This document shows, one piece after another, positions 21,497 to 31,900 of a stretch of DNA of 64,000 nt. Under the pieces are notes generated by a model, which searched no databases, was not told the DNA's origin, and saw only the letters and a list, made by a program, of their open reading frames with translations. The position numbers and the translations under genes were made by a program. This DNA comes from Patescibacteria group bacterium (GTDB taxonomy: Bacteria > Patescibacteriota > Patescibacteriia > UBA1558 > S5-K13), in NCBI GenBank assembly GCA_028692545.1, contig JAQUXC010000003.1, forward strand, positions 47,827 through 111,826. The letters run 5' to 3'. Positions within the stretch are counted from its first letter, which is position 1. Each line of letters opens with the position of its first letter.

Positions 21497-22049
21497 ATGA
21501 AAAAAATATTAATTGTATGTTTTTTTGTATTTTTGTTTCCTTTGTTTGGTTTTGCATGGGGTGATTGTCCTTATGATCTTGTAAATGATGAATATCCAGG
21601 TCAATGTGGCAGATATATAGATACAAACAATGATAAAATATGTGATCATTCGCAAGAAAAATCCAATTTTATCATCTCAAGATAAATCGGATATTGTTTC
21701 TCAAAATGTAAATACTCAAAAAAACAATGAAAAAAATGCTTATAATTTTGTGGGAATTACTGCTATAACTTTTGTTTTGTATTTATTTACATTTTTACTT
21801 GTGAAATATAAAAAGATATCAATCGTATTACATAAAAGAATTTGGAATATATTTTTGCTCATGACATTTCTTGTAACTGCTTTTTCGGGTATTGTCTTGG
21901 TTATTAAAATAAATTATGGGATATCTATTGGTTTTCCAAATTTATTGAAAAATCATGTAGAGTTTGGAATAGCCATGGCTATTGTTTCTATTTTTCATAT
22001 TTTGTGGAATATTCCTTATTTTAAAACTATATTTAAATTTAAAAAATAA
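21497..22049 (+). pseudogene. Cys-motif secreted/membrane protein split by a +1 frameshift at an A5 run (or a sequencing error)
   Basis: ORF 21497..21685 (signal peptide + CPYDLVNDEYPGQCGRYIDTNNDKICDH) and ORF 21630..22049 (TM helices) join if one A is removed from caagaaaaatcc (~21656). Confidence 0.35.
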
Positions 22050-22060
22050 TAATATTATTT

Positions 22061-23623
22061 ATGAAAACGTTTAAAAAATATTTATTTATACTTTTTGTAT
22101 TTTTGATAATACCCTTTTCATTTGCGAGTGCAAAAGATTTTGCAGATAATTTGAGAGGTAGACTTTTGCTTCAAGTAGAAAGCTCTGGTAGTGTTTGGTA
22201 TGTAAATCCAACTGACTCAAAAAGATATGAGATTACACGCGATAATGCATTAGATGTTTTTAGAAAATTTGCCCTTGGCATTTCAAACAAGGATTTGGAA
22301 AAAATTCCTACAGAAGTAAATAATAACAAAAAAACAAGAGAAGATTTGAAGGGTAAATTTTTACTTCAAGTAGAAAATGGAGGAAACATCTGGTATGTAG
22401 ATTTTTTTGGTATAAGACACGAGGTAACAAAATTAAATTTAATAGATATTTTAAAAAAACATTCTTTGGGAATAAAAAATTCAGATTTGAATAAAATAGA
22501 AAAGTCTGAAATTATACAAAAAGAAGACGTAAATAACAACAACGATAATGTTAAAACTCCAATAAAAGCAGAACTTAGTGAAGATCAGTATTTAAAAAAA
22601 TTTTTGGATTCATGGAATTTGATAAAAGAAAAATATGTTGGAGAATTAGATTATAATTTACTTGTTGAGTCAGCTATTAGTGGAATGCTTTCAAATTTGA
22701 ATGATTCATATTCTAGTTATATGTCAAAAGATTCTGCTTCTGAGTTTTCTGATAGTTTAGATGGCCAGTTTGAAGGAGTCGGAATGCAAATAAATATACA
22801 AGATGGTGTTCTCACCGTAGTTATGCCAATTTCTGACTCTCCAGCTCTACTTGCTGGTATAAAAGCGGGTGATAAGGTAGTGGCTATAGATGGTATAAGT
22901 ACAAATGGAATGAGTTTAGATAAGGCTAGTGAACTTATAAAAGGAAAAAGTGGTAGTATGGTTGTGCTTGATGTAATTCATCAAAATGGAAATCCAGAAA
23001 GATTCAAAGTTACAAGAGGTCTTATAGAATATTCAGGATTGTCTTATTCTATAAAAAATAATGAAGTAGGTTATATAAAAATGGAAAAATTTAGTGGTAA
23101 TACAGATTTTTATTTCAAAAAAGCAATAGATAATTTATTGAATAAAAAAGTAAGTTCTTTGATTATAGATTTGAGAGACAATCCAGGTGGATATTTGGAT
23201 TCTGTTGTTGCAATATCAGATTATTGGCTGGATGATATGATTATATTAAAAGAAGTGTTTCGTGATGGAAATACAAGAAATATAAATTCTCAAGAAGGGG
23301 CTATATTAAAAAATATGAAAACTGTAGTTTTGATAAATAGTAGATCTGCATCTGCTTCTGAAATATTAGCTGGGGCACTTCAAGATTACGAGCTTGCGAC
23401 TATTATTGGACAGAAAAGTTATGGAAAAGGTAGCGTTCAGGAATTATTAAAATTAGAAGATGGATCATCTATAAAAGTCACTACTGCAAAATGGTTTACT
23501 CCAAATGGAAAATCTATAGATCAAAATGGTATAGATCCTGATATAGAAATTATACCAAGTCAAGATTCTGGCACTGATAGTCAATTAGAAAGAGCATTGA
23601 AATTTATAAAAACTGGAAAATAA
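22061..23623 (+). CDS. ctpA: carboxyl-terminal processing protease (S41 family) with duplicated N-terminal modules
   Basis: S41 core DLRDNPGGYLDSVVAISDYW and a PDZ-like region. Two ~48-aa N-terminal repeats (LLLQVESSGSVWYVNP.. / FLLQVENGGNIWYVDF..). 520 aa with signal peptide. Confidence 0.85.
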   Translation: MKTFKKYLFILFVFLIIPFSFASAKDFADNLRGRLLLQVESSGSVWYVNPTDSKRYEITRDNALDVFRKFALGISNKDLEKIPTEVNNNKKTREDLKGKFLLQVENGGNIWYVDFFGIRHEVTKLNLIDILKKHSLGIKNSDLNKIEKSEIIQKEDVNNNNDNVKTPIKAELSEDQYLKKFLDSWNLIKEKYVGELDYNLLVESAISGMLSNLNDSYSSYMSKDSASEFSDSLDGQFEGVGMQINIQDGVLTVVMPISDSPALLAGIKAGDKVVAIDGISTNGMSLDKASELIKGKSGSMVVLDVIHQNGNPERFKVTRGLIEYSGLSYSIKNNEVGYIKMEKFSGNTDFYFKKAIDNLLNKKVSSLIIDLRDNPGGYLDSVVAISDYWLDDMIILKEVFRDGNTRNINSQEGAILKNMKTVVLINSRSASASEILAGALQDYELATIIGQKSYGKGSVQELLKLEDGSSIKVTTAKWFTPNGKSIDQNGIDPDIEIIPSQDSGTDSQLERALKFIKTGK

Positions 23624-23633
23624 AGTAATATTT

Positions 23634-24344
23634 ATGAAGTATCTTCAAAAAAATATTTTGTTGGGAATTACAGGGAGAACCAATAGGCAAATTATTAGCA
23701 AAATAAAAGATATTGATGAAGAAAAAATCAAAATTGTTTCATTGTTTTTAGAATTTATAGAAAAGTCAAAAAGAAATATTATTTATGATATTCTAAAAAA
23801 ATCTAGTATAAAAGAAATTCCACTTGTACATATTAGAGATGATTTTGAAAGAGATGAAATAAAATTTTTAAAAGAAAATTATAATACAAAGTATTTTACT
23901 ATTCATGAAGATCATTTTAATTTTATAAATAATTGGAAAGGTTATTATAAGAATTTATATTTGGAAATGAATACTGATAATTTTGTTTCAAAAAAAGTAA
24001 AAATAAATAAAATTGGTGGGTTTTGTATAGATTTGTCTCATTTTAAGGTGGAGGAGCAAAAATGGTCAAAAGAGTTTTTGTATATTTTGAAAAATAAAAA
24101 TAAAAATATTTTTTTGTGTAATCATATAAATGGATATTCTTACAAAAAAAACAAAGATTTGCATACTATAAAAAATTTATCTGAATTTGATTATTTATCA
24201 ACTTTACCAAAATTTATTTTTGGAAAAATAATAGCAATTGAGACATTCAATAAAATAGAAAATCAATTAAAATTTAAAAAATATTTATTAAAAATTTTAA
24301 ATAATCAAGCTAAGTCTGGTAATACTGTTAGACGGAACAAATAG
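23634..24344 (+). CDS. hypothetical protein
   Basis: 236-aa ORF, Lys/Asn-rich, no family recognised. Confidence 0.35.
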   Translation: MKYLQKNILLGITGRTNRQIISKIKDIDEEKIKIVSLFLEFIEKSKRNIIYDILKKSSIKEIPLVHIRDDFERDEIKFLKENYNTKYFTIHEDHFNFINNWKGYYKNLYLEMNTDNFVSKKVKINKIGGFCIDLSHFKVEEQKWSKEFLYILKNKNKNIFLCNHINGYSYKKNKDLHTIKNLSEFDYLSTLPKFIFGKIIAIETFNKIENQLKFKKYLLKILNNQAKSGNTVRRNK

Positions 24345-24394
24345 TGATTAAAATTATGAAACTAAAAAATTATATTTTAAATAAATAATTATTT

Positions 24395-25093
24395 ATGAAT
24401 GATATAAAAAAAGAATTGCAATCTTTGAAAAATCCTATTCAAGCAAAAATATTACAGAGATTTTTCAAAACAGGAATTGGCGAATATGGAGAGGGAGATA
24501 TTTTTTTTGGAATAAAAGTTCCAATACTTCGTCAGACAGCAAAAAAATATTTTGATATAAATTTGAGAGAAGTTGAAGAATTGCTAAAAAGTGAAATACA
24601 TGAGTATAGACTTATAGCTCTTTTTATTTTGGTAAAAAAATATGAATTATCAAAAAATGAAACAAGTCGTGAAAAAATATTTAAAATTTATATCAAAAAT
24701 AAAAGGTATATAAATAATTGGGATCTGGTTGATTTGTCAGCTCCAAACATAGTTGGAAATTATTTATTAAATAAAGATAGGAATATTTTGTATAATTTTG
24801 CAAAATCAGATCATTTGTGGACAAAAAGAATAGCAATGTTATCTTGCTATACTTTTATAAAAAATGGAGAAACAAAAGATACACTAAAAATTGCAGAAAT
24901 TTTGCTTAATGACAAACATGATTTAATTCAAAAAGCTGTTGGTTGGATGCTTAGAGAGCTTGGTAAACGTGTGAGTCAGAATATAGAAGAAGAGTTTTTG
25001 AAAAAATATTATCAAAAAATGCCACGCACAACACTTCGTTATTCTATAGAAAGATTTAGTGACAAGAAAAAGAAGTTTTATATGAGTAAATAG
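24395..25093 (+). CDS. DNA alkylation repair protein (AlkC/AlkD-like HEAT-repeat glycosylase family)
   Basis: FFKTGIGEYGEGDIFFGIKVPILRQTAKKY and NNWDLVDLSAPNIVG match the PF08713 family; 232 aa. Confidence 0.7.
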   Translation: MNDIKKELQSLKNPIQAKILQRFFKTGIGEYGEGDIFFGIKVPILRQTAKKYFDINLREVEELLKSEIHEYRLIALFILVKKYELSKNETSREKIFKIYIKNKRYINNWDLVDLSAPNIVGNYLLNKDRNILYNFAKSDHLWTKRIAMLSCYTFIKNGETKDTLKIAEILLNDKHDLIQKAVGWMLRELGKRVSQNIEEEFLKKYYQKMPRTTLRYSIERFSDKKKKFYMSK

Positions 25094-25107
25094 GTTTATA
25101 AAAAGTT

Positions 25108-25142
25108 AAGGCCGTGTGCGATTTTTCGCACACGGCCTTTTA
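25108..25142. terminator. bidirectional rho-independent terminator
   Basis: aaggccgtgtgcg-atttttc-gcacacggcctt + tt; strong GC stem between convergent genes. Confidence 0.8.
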
Positions 25143-25146
25143 TAAT

Positions 25147-25837
25147 TTACTCCTTTGTTATTTCAACAATCTTTTGGAAAACTCTATCTCTATCATATGT
25201 AGACAAGAAACAGTGTCCTCCTATAAATTCTTGGACATTGGTTTTTCCATATGCAACAGATAAGTCGATGACATTATCTGTTTTACATATGAAGATATAA
25301 TCTGAAGAACTTATTTCTGGTATTTCATATTGAGCCAAAATTATCTCATACATTGTGTGTGGAGATATTTTTTTTGGTACAAAACTGGGAATATCCATTT
25401 CGCCAATTTCTTCTTCAGAAAAACCTCTTGGAAGTATTGGAATCCTTATAAACTTAATTAGCTTTAGAAAAGATATAGACAAATCATATGATCCATTGAT
25501 GAGTCTATGTATGGGGATTTTCCAATAAGGCGATATGAATACTCTCTTTTTCGCTTTTAAGTGAACTGCAAAGAGGGCACCTATGCTAAATCCAATAACA
25601 AGATCTATATCAGAATCTGTACTGACTTGAATCTTTTTTTTGGATTTGAGAAAGAAGGTCTGAGAAAGATTCTATACAATTAGGAATTTCAAATATTATG
25701 AGATCCCAGTTGTTTTTTGAAGATTCTTTTATGAACCATAGTACACAAGCATCTTCAAGTTTCATTCCCCAGCCTAAAACGAAGACTACTTTTATCCCTC
25801 TTCCTGGGATAATCTTATAAACTATGGAATCTTTCAT
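25147..25837 (-). pseudogene. esterase (YqiA/UPF0227-like alpha/beta hydrolase) interrupted by a frameshift in an A8/T8 homopolymer
   Basis: Track ORFs 25610..25837 and 25147..25482 plus the intervening frame encode MKDSIVYK..VVFVLGWG....DIDLVIGFSIGALFAVHL.. (GFSIGA nucleophile elbow). Deleting one A of the 8-A run (plus-strand T8 at 25634-25641) restores a ~230-aa ORF. Confidence 0.55.
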
Positions 25838-25952
25838 GATTCCCTCCTATATTTTTTTGTTAATGTAGATTTATATCATTTTTGTGCTTTTAAGTCAATG
25901 ATATTATTTACTTATTTTAATACTTAATATAAACTAAATTTATAGAAATATT

Positions 25953-27746
25953 ATGTCAAATATAACAGACGAGATCAAATCAAGGCTAGATATTGCTGAT
26001 ACTATTTCAGAATATATACACTTAAATCAAGCTGGAGTAAATTGGAAGGCAATATGTCCTTTTCATAGAGAAAAAACTCCTTCTCTTTTTGTATCTACAG
26101 AAAAACAAATTTGGCATTGTTTTGGATGTGGGGCAGGTGGTGATATTTTTGAATTTGTGAAAAAAATAGAAGGAGTAGAATTTCCAGAAGCACTTAGGAT
26201 TTTGGCACAAAAAGCAAATGTAACAATTGATTACAATTACAATCCAGAGTTGAGCAACAAGAAAACAAAGATTTTAGATATTTTAGAAGAATCTGCTAAT
26301 TATTACCACAAAAATTTAATAGAAAGTAATAATGCAAAAATAGCTAGAGATTATTTGGAAAATAGAGGAATGACTCAAGAATCAATAAGGACATTTTTAT
26401 TGGGTTATAGTGAAGATTCTTGGACTGGATTATTGGATTATCTAAAAAGCAAAGGATTTATAGAAAAGGATATAGAAGCATCTGGTATGATACTCAAATC
26501 AAAACAAGGTAGTTATAGTTTTTATGATAGATTTAGGGGAAGACTTATGTTTCCAATAAATAATATTTTTGGTCAGACAGTGGGATTTACGGCAAGAGCT
26601 TTGAAAGAAGATGACAATAAACAAGGGAAATATATAAATACTCCACAAACAGATGCTTATGATAAAAGTAGTGTGCTTTACAACTTAGATCTAGCAAAAG
26701 TAGAAATAAAAAATAAAAATTATACTGTTTTGGTAGAAGGAAATATTGATGCAATATCTTCGTATATGTCAGGAGTAAAAAATGTAGTAGCATCGTCAGG
26801 CACTGCACTTACAAAAGAACAAGTAAAAATTCTTAAAAGATATTCAGAAAATTTGATAATTGCTTATGATGGAGATTTGGCAGGTGTAAAAGCTACATTT
26901 AGAATAATAGATAATGCACTTTCTCAAAATATGAACGTAAAAATAGTTTCTCTTCCAAAGGGAATTGATCCAGATGATCTTATAAAACGAGGAACTGACA
27001 AATGGATTGATGCAATAAAAAAAGCAAAGCCTATTATGGATTTTGTTTTTGATAGAGTAATTTCTTCTGCTGATTTAAACAATGTTTTCCACAAAAAACA
27101 AGTTGCAAAAACAATCCTTGTATTTATTTCTAAATTTAGTGATGAAATAGAAAAAGAAACTTATTTGAAAAAATTAAGTGATATTATTGATATAGATTAT
27201 GACATGTTGAAGAAAAAATTAGGTGAAATAATATCTAATAAAAAAAATAAAGAAATAGAACAAAAAGATTCAAGTCTAGAATATAGTCCAATAGATAAAA
27301 ACAAAATAGATGAGTTTTTGAAGGAAATAATAGCTCTTAGTATGAATTTTCCAGAAAATCTAGAATACTTGTCCTCAAACCTTGAATTGGAATATATTCA
27401 AGATAATTTAGTAGGAAATCTTTACAAGGACATAATAATACACTATACTAAGAATAATTCATTCAGTTTTGATTTATTTAAAAAATCATTAGATGTAGAG
27501 CGTTCAGATCTGTTGGATTTGGTTGCTTTTGTTTTTGAAAATGGTTATTCAGATTATGATAAAAATCAGGCTTTTGTTGAAATACAAAAATTAGTTTTGA
27601 GTTATAAAGAAGAATTTTTGAATAAAAAATTGAAACAAACTAACTTGCTTATGAATAAAGCGAGAATTGAAAAGAATTCAGAATTAGAAGATAAATATTT
27701 TAGAGATTTAAATGATATTAATATAAAAAAAAGAAATTTAAAATAA
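25953..27746 (+). CDS. dnaG: DNA primase
   Basis: CHC2 zinc finger CPFHREKTPSLFVS..WHCFGCGAGGD; TOPRIM LVEGNIDAIS...YDGDLAG; 597 aa; directly upstream of rpoD (macromolecular synthesis operon order). Confidence 0.92.
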   Translation: MSNITDEIKSRLDIADTISEYIHLNQAGVNWKAICPFHREKTPSLFVSTEKQIWHCFGCGAGGDIFEFVKKIEGVEFPEALRILAQKANVTIDYNYNPELSNKKTKILDILEESANYYHKNLIESNNAKIARDYLENRGMTQESIRTFLLGYSEDSWTGLLDYLKSKGFIEKDIEASGMILKSKQGSYSFYDRFRGRLMFPINNIFGQTVGFTARALKEDDNKQGKYINTPQTDAYDKSSVLYNLDLAKVEIKNKNYTVLVEGNIDAISSYMSGVKNVVASSGTALTKEQVKILKRYSENLIIAYDGDLAGVKATFRIIDNALSQNMNVKIVSLPKGIDPDDLIKRGTDKWIDAIKKAKPIMDFVFDRVISSADLNNVFHKKQVAKTILVFISKFSDEIEKETYLKKLSDIIDIDYDMLKKKLGEIISNKKNKEIEQKDSSLEYSPIDKNKIDEFLKEIIALSMNFPENLEYLSSNLELEYIQDNLVGNLYKDIIIHYTKNNSFSFDLFKKSLDVERSDLLDLVAFVFENGYSDYDKNQAFVEIQKLVLSYKEEFLNKKLKQTNLLMNKARIEKNSELEDKYFRDLNDINIKKRNLK

Positions 27747-27789
27747 TTTTATCTAAATTAGCTAAACATGGTTTAGTTAAATAAATATT

Positions 27790-29181
27790 ATGCTAAAAAA
27801 AGCATCTAAAAAAAATATAACAAAAATGAAAAAAATTGCTATCAAAAAGATTGTAAAAATTAAGACAAAAAAGAATATTCCAAAAAAAATAAATAAATTA
27901 AAAGTTTCTCCAAAGAAGGTTACAAAAGTTGTAAAGAAAATTTTGGATAAGTCTAAAAAGAAAATTGTTTTAAGTAAAAAAGTTGTAAAGAAAAAAGTTA
28001 TTTCTAAAAAAACCAAAAAAGTAGCAAATAAAACTTTGAAATCAAATTCTAAGAAAAAGAAAGATATAAAAAAAGAGGATGAAATAGCAAAAGGTGTTAT
28101 TATTCCAAAAGAAGAAGTTTTAAATGATCTTTTGAAAGAAGGTAGAAATAGGGGATTTATAACAGAAACAGAGATTTTGTATGCATTTCCAGAAATGGAA
28201 GAATATTTGAATATGTATGATGCTTATTTGGATTTATTGGAAAAAAATAGTGTAGAAATAGTTTCTGCAGATGTTGGAATATTAAATTATAACGTTGGTA
28301 ACGAGTCAACTGGTATAAAAGTAGATATAGCTGGACTTACTTTTGATCTTGGAAAAATATCTTCTGATTCTATACAAATGTATCTTAGAGAAATAGGCAA
28401 AGTTCCTCTTCTTACATCAGCAGAGGAGGTGTCTCTTGCAAAAAGAAAAGAGTGCGGAGATGTAAGTGCAAAAATGCAACTTATAAAAGCGAATCTTCGT
28501 CTTGTTGTAAGTATTGCAAAAAAATATACAGGACATTCTTTGTCTTTACTTGATTTGATACAAGAGGGGAATATTGGACTTTTTCGTGCTGTAGAAAAAT
28601 TTGAATACAGAAAGGGTTATAAATTTTCTACTTATGCTACTTGGTGGATAAGACAGGCTATTACTCGTGCACTTGCAGATCAGTCGAGAACTATTAGAAT
28701 TCCAGTCCATATGGTTGAAACTATAAACAAATTTCAACAAGTACAAAGAAGATTAATTCAGGATTTGGGAAGAGAGCCATTGCCAGAGGAAATTGCCTAT
28801 GAAATGGGAGAAGATGTTGACAAAATTCATCATATTATAAAAATAGCCCAAGAAACAGTTTCACTTGAAACTAGTATTGGGGATGATGATGAAGATTCAA
28901 CACTTAGTGACTTTATTGAAGATAGAAATACTCTTTCTCCAGACAAGGTAGCATCACTTAGATTACTCAGTGATCATGTAAAAGAAATAATTTCAGATCT
29001 TACTCCACGTGAGCAAAAAATATTAGAAATGCGTTTTGGTCTTACTGATGGTATAGCTCATACTTTGGAAGAAGTTGGTCAAGAATTTGGAGTAACTCGC
29101 GAAAGAATTAGGCAAATAGAGGCAAAAGCACTTGAGAAAATTGCTTCGAAGTCCGGTATTGCGAAATTGAGAGACTACTAA
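27790..29181 (+). CDS. rpoD: RNA polymerase sigma factor RpoD (sigma-70) with a ~100-aa lysine-rich N-terminal extension
   Basis: Region 2 [40 protein letters not shown]; region 4 [24 protein letters not shown]. The N-terminal 100 aa are ~45% Lys (KKxVKK repeats). Confidence 0.92.
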   Translation: MLKKASKKNITKMKKIAIKKIVKIKTKKNIPKKINKLKVSPKKVTKVVKKILDKSKKKIVLSKKVVKKKVISKKTKKVANKTLKSNSKKKKDIKKEDEIAKGVIIPKEEVLNDLLKEGRNRGFITETEILYAFPEMEEYLNMYDAYLDLLEKNSVEIVSADVGILNYNVGNESTGIKVDIAGLTFDLGKISSDSIQMYLREIGKVPLLTSAEEVSLAKRKECGDVSAKMQLIKANLRLVVSIAKKYTGHSLSLLDLIQEGNIGLFRAVEKFEYRKGYKFSTYATWWIRQAITRALADQSRTIRIPVHMVETINKFQQVQRRLIQDLGREPLPEEIAYEMGEDVDKIHHIIKIAQETVSLETSIGDDDEDSTLSDFIEDRNTLSPDKVASLRLLSDHVKEIISDLTPREQKILEMRFGLTDGIAHTLEEVGQEFGVTRERIRQIEAKALEKIASKSGIAKLRDY

Positions 29182-29306
29182 TAATTGTGTAATAGTATAA
29201 TTGTCTAATTGATTAATAGACTAATTGAATAATAGTATAATTGGGTTAAGGGTTGATTTTTTGGAATAGTTATTCTATAATCTTATTACTTAGAATTTTA
29301 AATTAT

Positions 29307-29383
29307 TTCGCGGTAGCTCAGTTGGTTAGAGCGACTGGCTGTTAACCAGTAGGTCGTCGGTTCGAACCCGACCCGCGAAGCCA
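29307..29383 (+). tRNA. tRNA-Asn (anticodon GTT)
   Basis: TTCGCGG-TA-GCTC-AGTTGGTTA-GAGC-G-ACTGG-CTGTTAA-CCAGT-AGGTC-GTCGG-TTCGAAC-CCGAC-CCGCGAA-G-CCA; 77 nt cloverleaf with a terminator downstream. Confidence 0.9.
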
Positions 29384-30982
29384 ACCTGTATGAACAGAGG
29401 TTAAAGCCTCTGTTTTTGCTTTATTTAAAGGGTGTTTATCCAGTTCTAACCTTAAGTATTTTTGCTCTAATTCTTTATAGTCATTTTCTATTGGAATAAA
29501 CCAATCATTGAACCCTATAGACAGCTTTTTATCAGTAATTGTTATCATTTTTCCTATTCCAGATAGAATTTCTCTCTTTAGTTCTAACCTATTTTCTACC
29601 CTTGCCTTTAAGAACGCTTTATGGGCATAAGTAGCAAAATTAAAAGTTTTCTCTGCTAACTCTAACCAGTTTTCAGCCCTTGCTTCTGTGCTACGCAAAC
29701 ATTCTTTCATTTTTGATATTTTGCTTGTAAGTTCATTTTTCTCTTTTAAGAAGGCATCATCATCAATAAGTTGGCGATATCTCATTTTAGTAAGTTCATC
29801 TAATTCATTTTGTGCTTTTACTAGATTTGTATGTTGCATTTCATAAATTTTAGACCTATCTTCTATTTCAGTATCATTTTTTTTATTTAAATCTTCTAAT
29901 GCCCAATGTAGAAATTCTGGGAGAATTGTTAATCTCCCCATTTCTCTTTCAATCTCTAATTCTAAACTATCTTCTTTAACGCAACTTTTTTGAGTGCAAT
30001 TGACTTTTCTTGTCTTTCTTGTGCAATGATAGTAAGTGTATTGTTTTATTTCTTTAGTTGTTTGTAGTAGTTTATTTTTTGTTTCCGCAGTATATAGACA
30101 TCCACACTCTTTACATCTAATTAAACCAGTAAATGCAAATTCTTTACTTTTTGGTTTTATAATGCCTTTTCTCCCAAGAAGTCTTTGAACTCTATCATAT
30201 TCTTCAAGCGTAATCATTGCTTCGTGTTTACCTTCATATTCAATTCCTTTGTTTTTAATAATCCCAGCATAAAATGGATTTTTAAAGACATCATAAATAC
30301 CACTATATGAAAGAGGATTACTACCCATTCTTTTAAATTTACGAGTTCTAAAACCCCATTCATTGTTTGCAATATTTAAAATTTTTCTGGGAGTATAATT
30401 GCCAGTTAACATTAAATCCCACATATTACGAACAAGGCTAAAACGTTCAGGGTCCTTTATAATAGTTTTATTTTCTCTTTCATTAAGGTAGCCAAGTGGT
30501 GGAACTCCATTTTGCCATCCAGAATTTACTCTTTTTAGTATTCCACGTTTAGTATCTCTACTTAAATCTAAAATATATTGATTGGCTTGACCAGTTTCTA
30601 CGCTAAATAATAATACGTTATCGCTTGGGAGATATTCTTTTTCAATTGTTCTAATTGATTTTATTATTCCTTGTTGTAGGAGCCATCCAAGTTTGCCACT
30701 GTCAATTGGATTACGTGTTAATCTGTTTAAAGCCCAACATAGTATTCCATTAGCTTCCCCATTTTCAATTTTTTTTATCATCTCGTCAAATACAGGACGA
30801 TTATTTGGTTTTTTAGCTGATTTCGCTTCTGTAAATACTGTTTTAGTATTTATGTCTAGATTTGTAGCTAATTTTTGTAAAGTTTCTGTCTGGTCTTCAA
30901 TAGACTGAACTTGTTTATCTTCGCTTTCAGAAGATTTTCTTGCATACACAAAGTATGTAATTTTGTTTTGTTCTAATTTCAT
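29342..30982 (-). CDS. large serine recombinase (resolvase/invertase catalytic domain + recombinase domain + zinc ribbon)
   Basis: N-terminal YARKSSESEDKQVQSIEDQ (catalytic Ser); resolvase fold; recombinase domain; Cys4 ribbon CKECGC...YYHC; coiled-coil C-terminus; 546 aa. The last 14 codons are read from tRNA-Asn sequence. Confidence 0.85.
   Translation of the reverse strand: MKLEQNKITYFVYARKSSESEDKQVQSIEDQTETLQKLATNLDINTKTVFTEAKSAKKPNNRPVFDEMIKKIENGEANGILCWALNRLTRNPIDSGKLGWLLQQGIIKSIRTIEKEYLPSDNVLLFSVETGQANQYILDLSRDTKRGILKRVNSGWQNGVPPLGYLNERENKTIIKDPERFSLVRNMWDLMLTGNYTPRKILNIANNEWGFRTRKFKRMGSNPLSYSGIYDVFKNPFYAGIIKNKGIEYEGKHEAMITLEEYDRVQRLLGRKGIIKPKSKEFAFTGLIRCKECGCLYTAETKNKLLQTTKEIKQYTYYHCTRKTRKVNCTQKSCVKEDSLELEIEREMGRLTILPEFLHWALEDLNKKNDTEIEDRSKIYEMQHTNLVKAQNELDELTKMRYRQLIDDDAFLKEKNELTSKISKMKECLRSTEARAENWLELAEKTFNFATYAHKAFLKARVENRLELKREILSGIGKMITITDKKLSIGFNDWFIPIENDYKELEQKYLRLELDKHPLNKAKTEALTSVHTGWLRGSGSNRRPTG
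29395..29418 (+). terminator. rho-independent terminator after tRNA-Asn (lies inside the recombinase ORF on the opposite strand)
   Basis: cagagg-ttaaag-cctctg + tttttg. Confidence 0.6.
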
Positions 30983-31006
30983 ATTTTTATAATTTATAAA
31001 TTAAAA

Positions 31007-31123
31007 GGACGACTATGGTTGACCCAATTCCGCTTTTCCGAAGAATTGCTTTATTGGCATAGTCGCCCTTTTAAGACAACAAAGCAGTAAAAAACTTCGG
31101 AATTTTTTTCGGATTGGGTCAAC
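31007..31123. repeat. nested imperfect inverted repeats immediately upstream of the recombinase gene (candidate recombination/regulatory site)
   Basis: ggacgactatg(31007-17)/catagtcgccc(31058-68); gttgacccaattccg(31018-32)/cggattgggtcaac(31110-23); ccgaag(31038-43)/cttcgg(31095-100). Confidence 0.5.
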
Positions 31124-31138
31124 GTATATATTATAACA

Positions 31139-31747
31139 TTATTTTCTAATGTTGATAAACTTGCCAAAAGATTTATCTAGGCGAGATACCATCATTATAA
31201 AACTTTGTTCAAAGTCTTCTCTCATTTTAATTAAACGTTTAAATTTTCTTGTCGGCTTACCGTTATAATAAAATCTTCTAACTTCTTTTTCTGCCCTTTC
31301 AATACTTGCAGAAGATAGAGAACTTCCTCTAAATTTGCCACCCCTCATTTGAGAGGAATAAGCTATATTTCCGCAATGTCTACACCCAAACCATTTTCCT
31401 ATACTGAAAAGCACACCGACTCGTCTCCCACAAACTTTTCCATTTTTTATCAAAGGACATATAAACCAATATCTTTTACCGCCATAATTACATTGAGTAG
31501 TAGTTAATTTAATTTTATAATCCATATTTTCTTTTTCTTTTGTATCCCTGTTTGTTTGTGTATATCGCAATACAATATTATTGTCTTTATTATTTATAGT
31601 AATAATAAATCCAATACTATTCTCATTCTGATTTATCCCAGAGACCCATCTAATGCCTCCATATTGAAGACCCCCATTAAGATACCCGTGTTTTTTTAAC
31701 CAAGATATTTTTAAACTATTACTCCATTCTGCTTCTTGTTTCGCCAT
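31139..31747 (-). CDS. hypothetical protein with Cys-rich zinc-finger-like segment
   Basis: 202 aa; CNYGGKRYWFICPLIKNGKVCGRRVG...CRHCGN. Confidence 0.4.
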   Translation of the reverse strand: MAKQEAEWSNSLKISWLKKHGYLNGGLQYGGIRWVSGINQNENSIGFIITINNKDNNIVLRYTQTNRDTKEKENMDYKIKLTTTQCNYGGKRYWFICPLIKNGKVCGRRVGVLFSIGKWFGCRHCGNIAYSSQMRGGKFRGSSLSSASIERAEKEVRRFYYNGKPTRKFKRLIKMREDFEQSFIMMVSRLDKSFGKFINIRK

Positions 31748-31900
31748 ATATTTTTTATAAATCCGCCGAAATCATTAGAGATTATATTTATACATTATTT
31801 AGATAAAAGATTATTTGATGTCTAATAAAGGGATTTTTGGATTTAATTTTAATTTTTTTAATTAAGTATTTTATTATCATTTTACGAAACGAACCCATTT

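Noticed and set aside
27777-28016. Poly-Phe 79-aa ORF antisense to the rpoD 5' region
   Set aside because: It is the reverse complement of the lysine codon run (AAA/AAG gives TTT/CTT), so it is an artefact.
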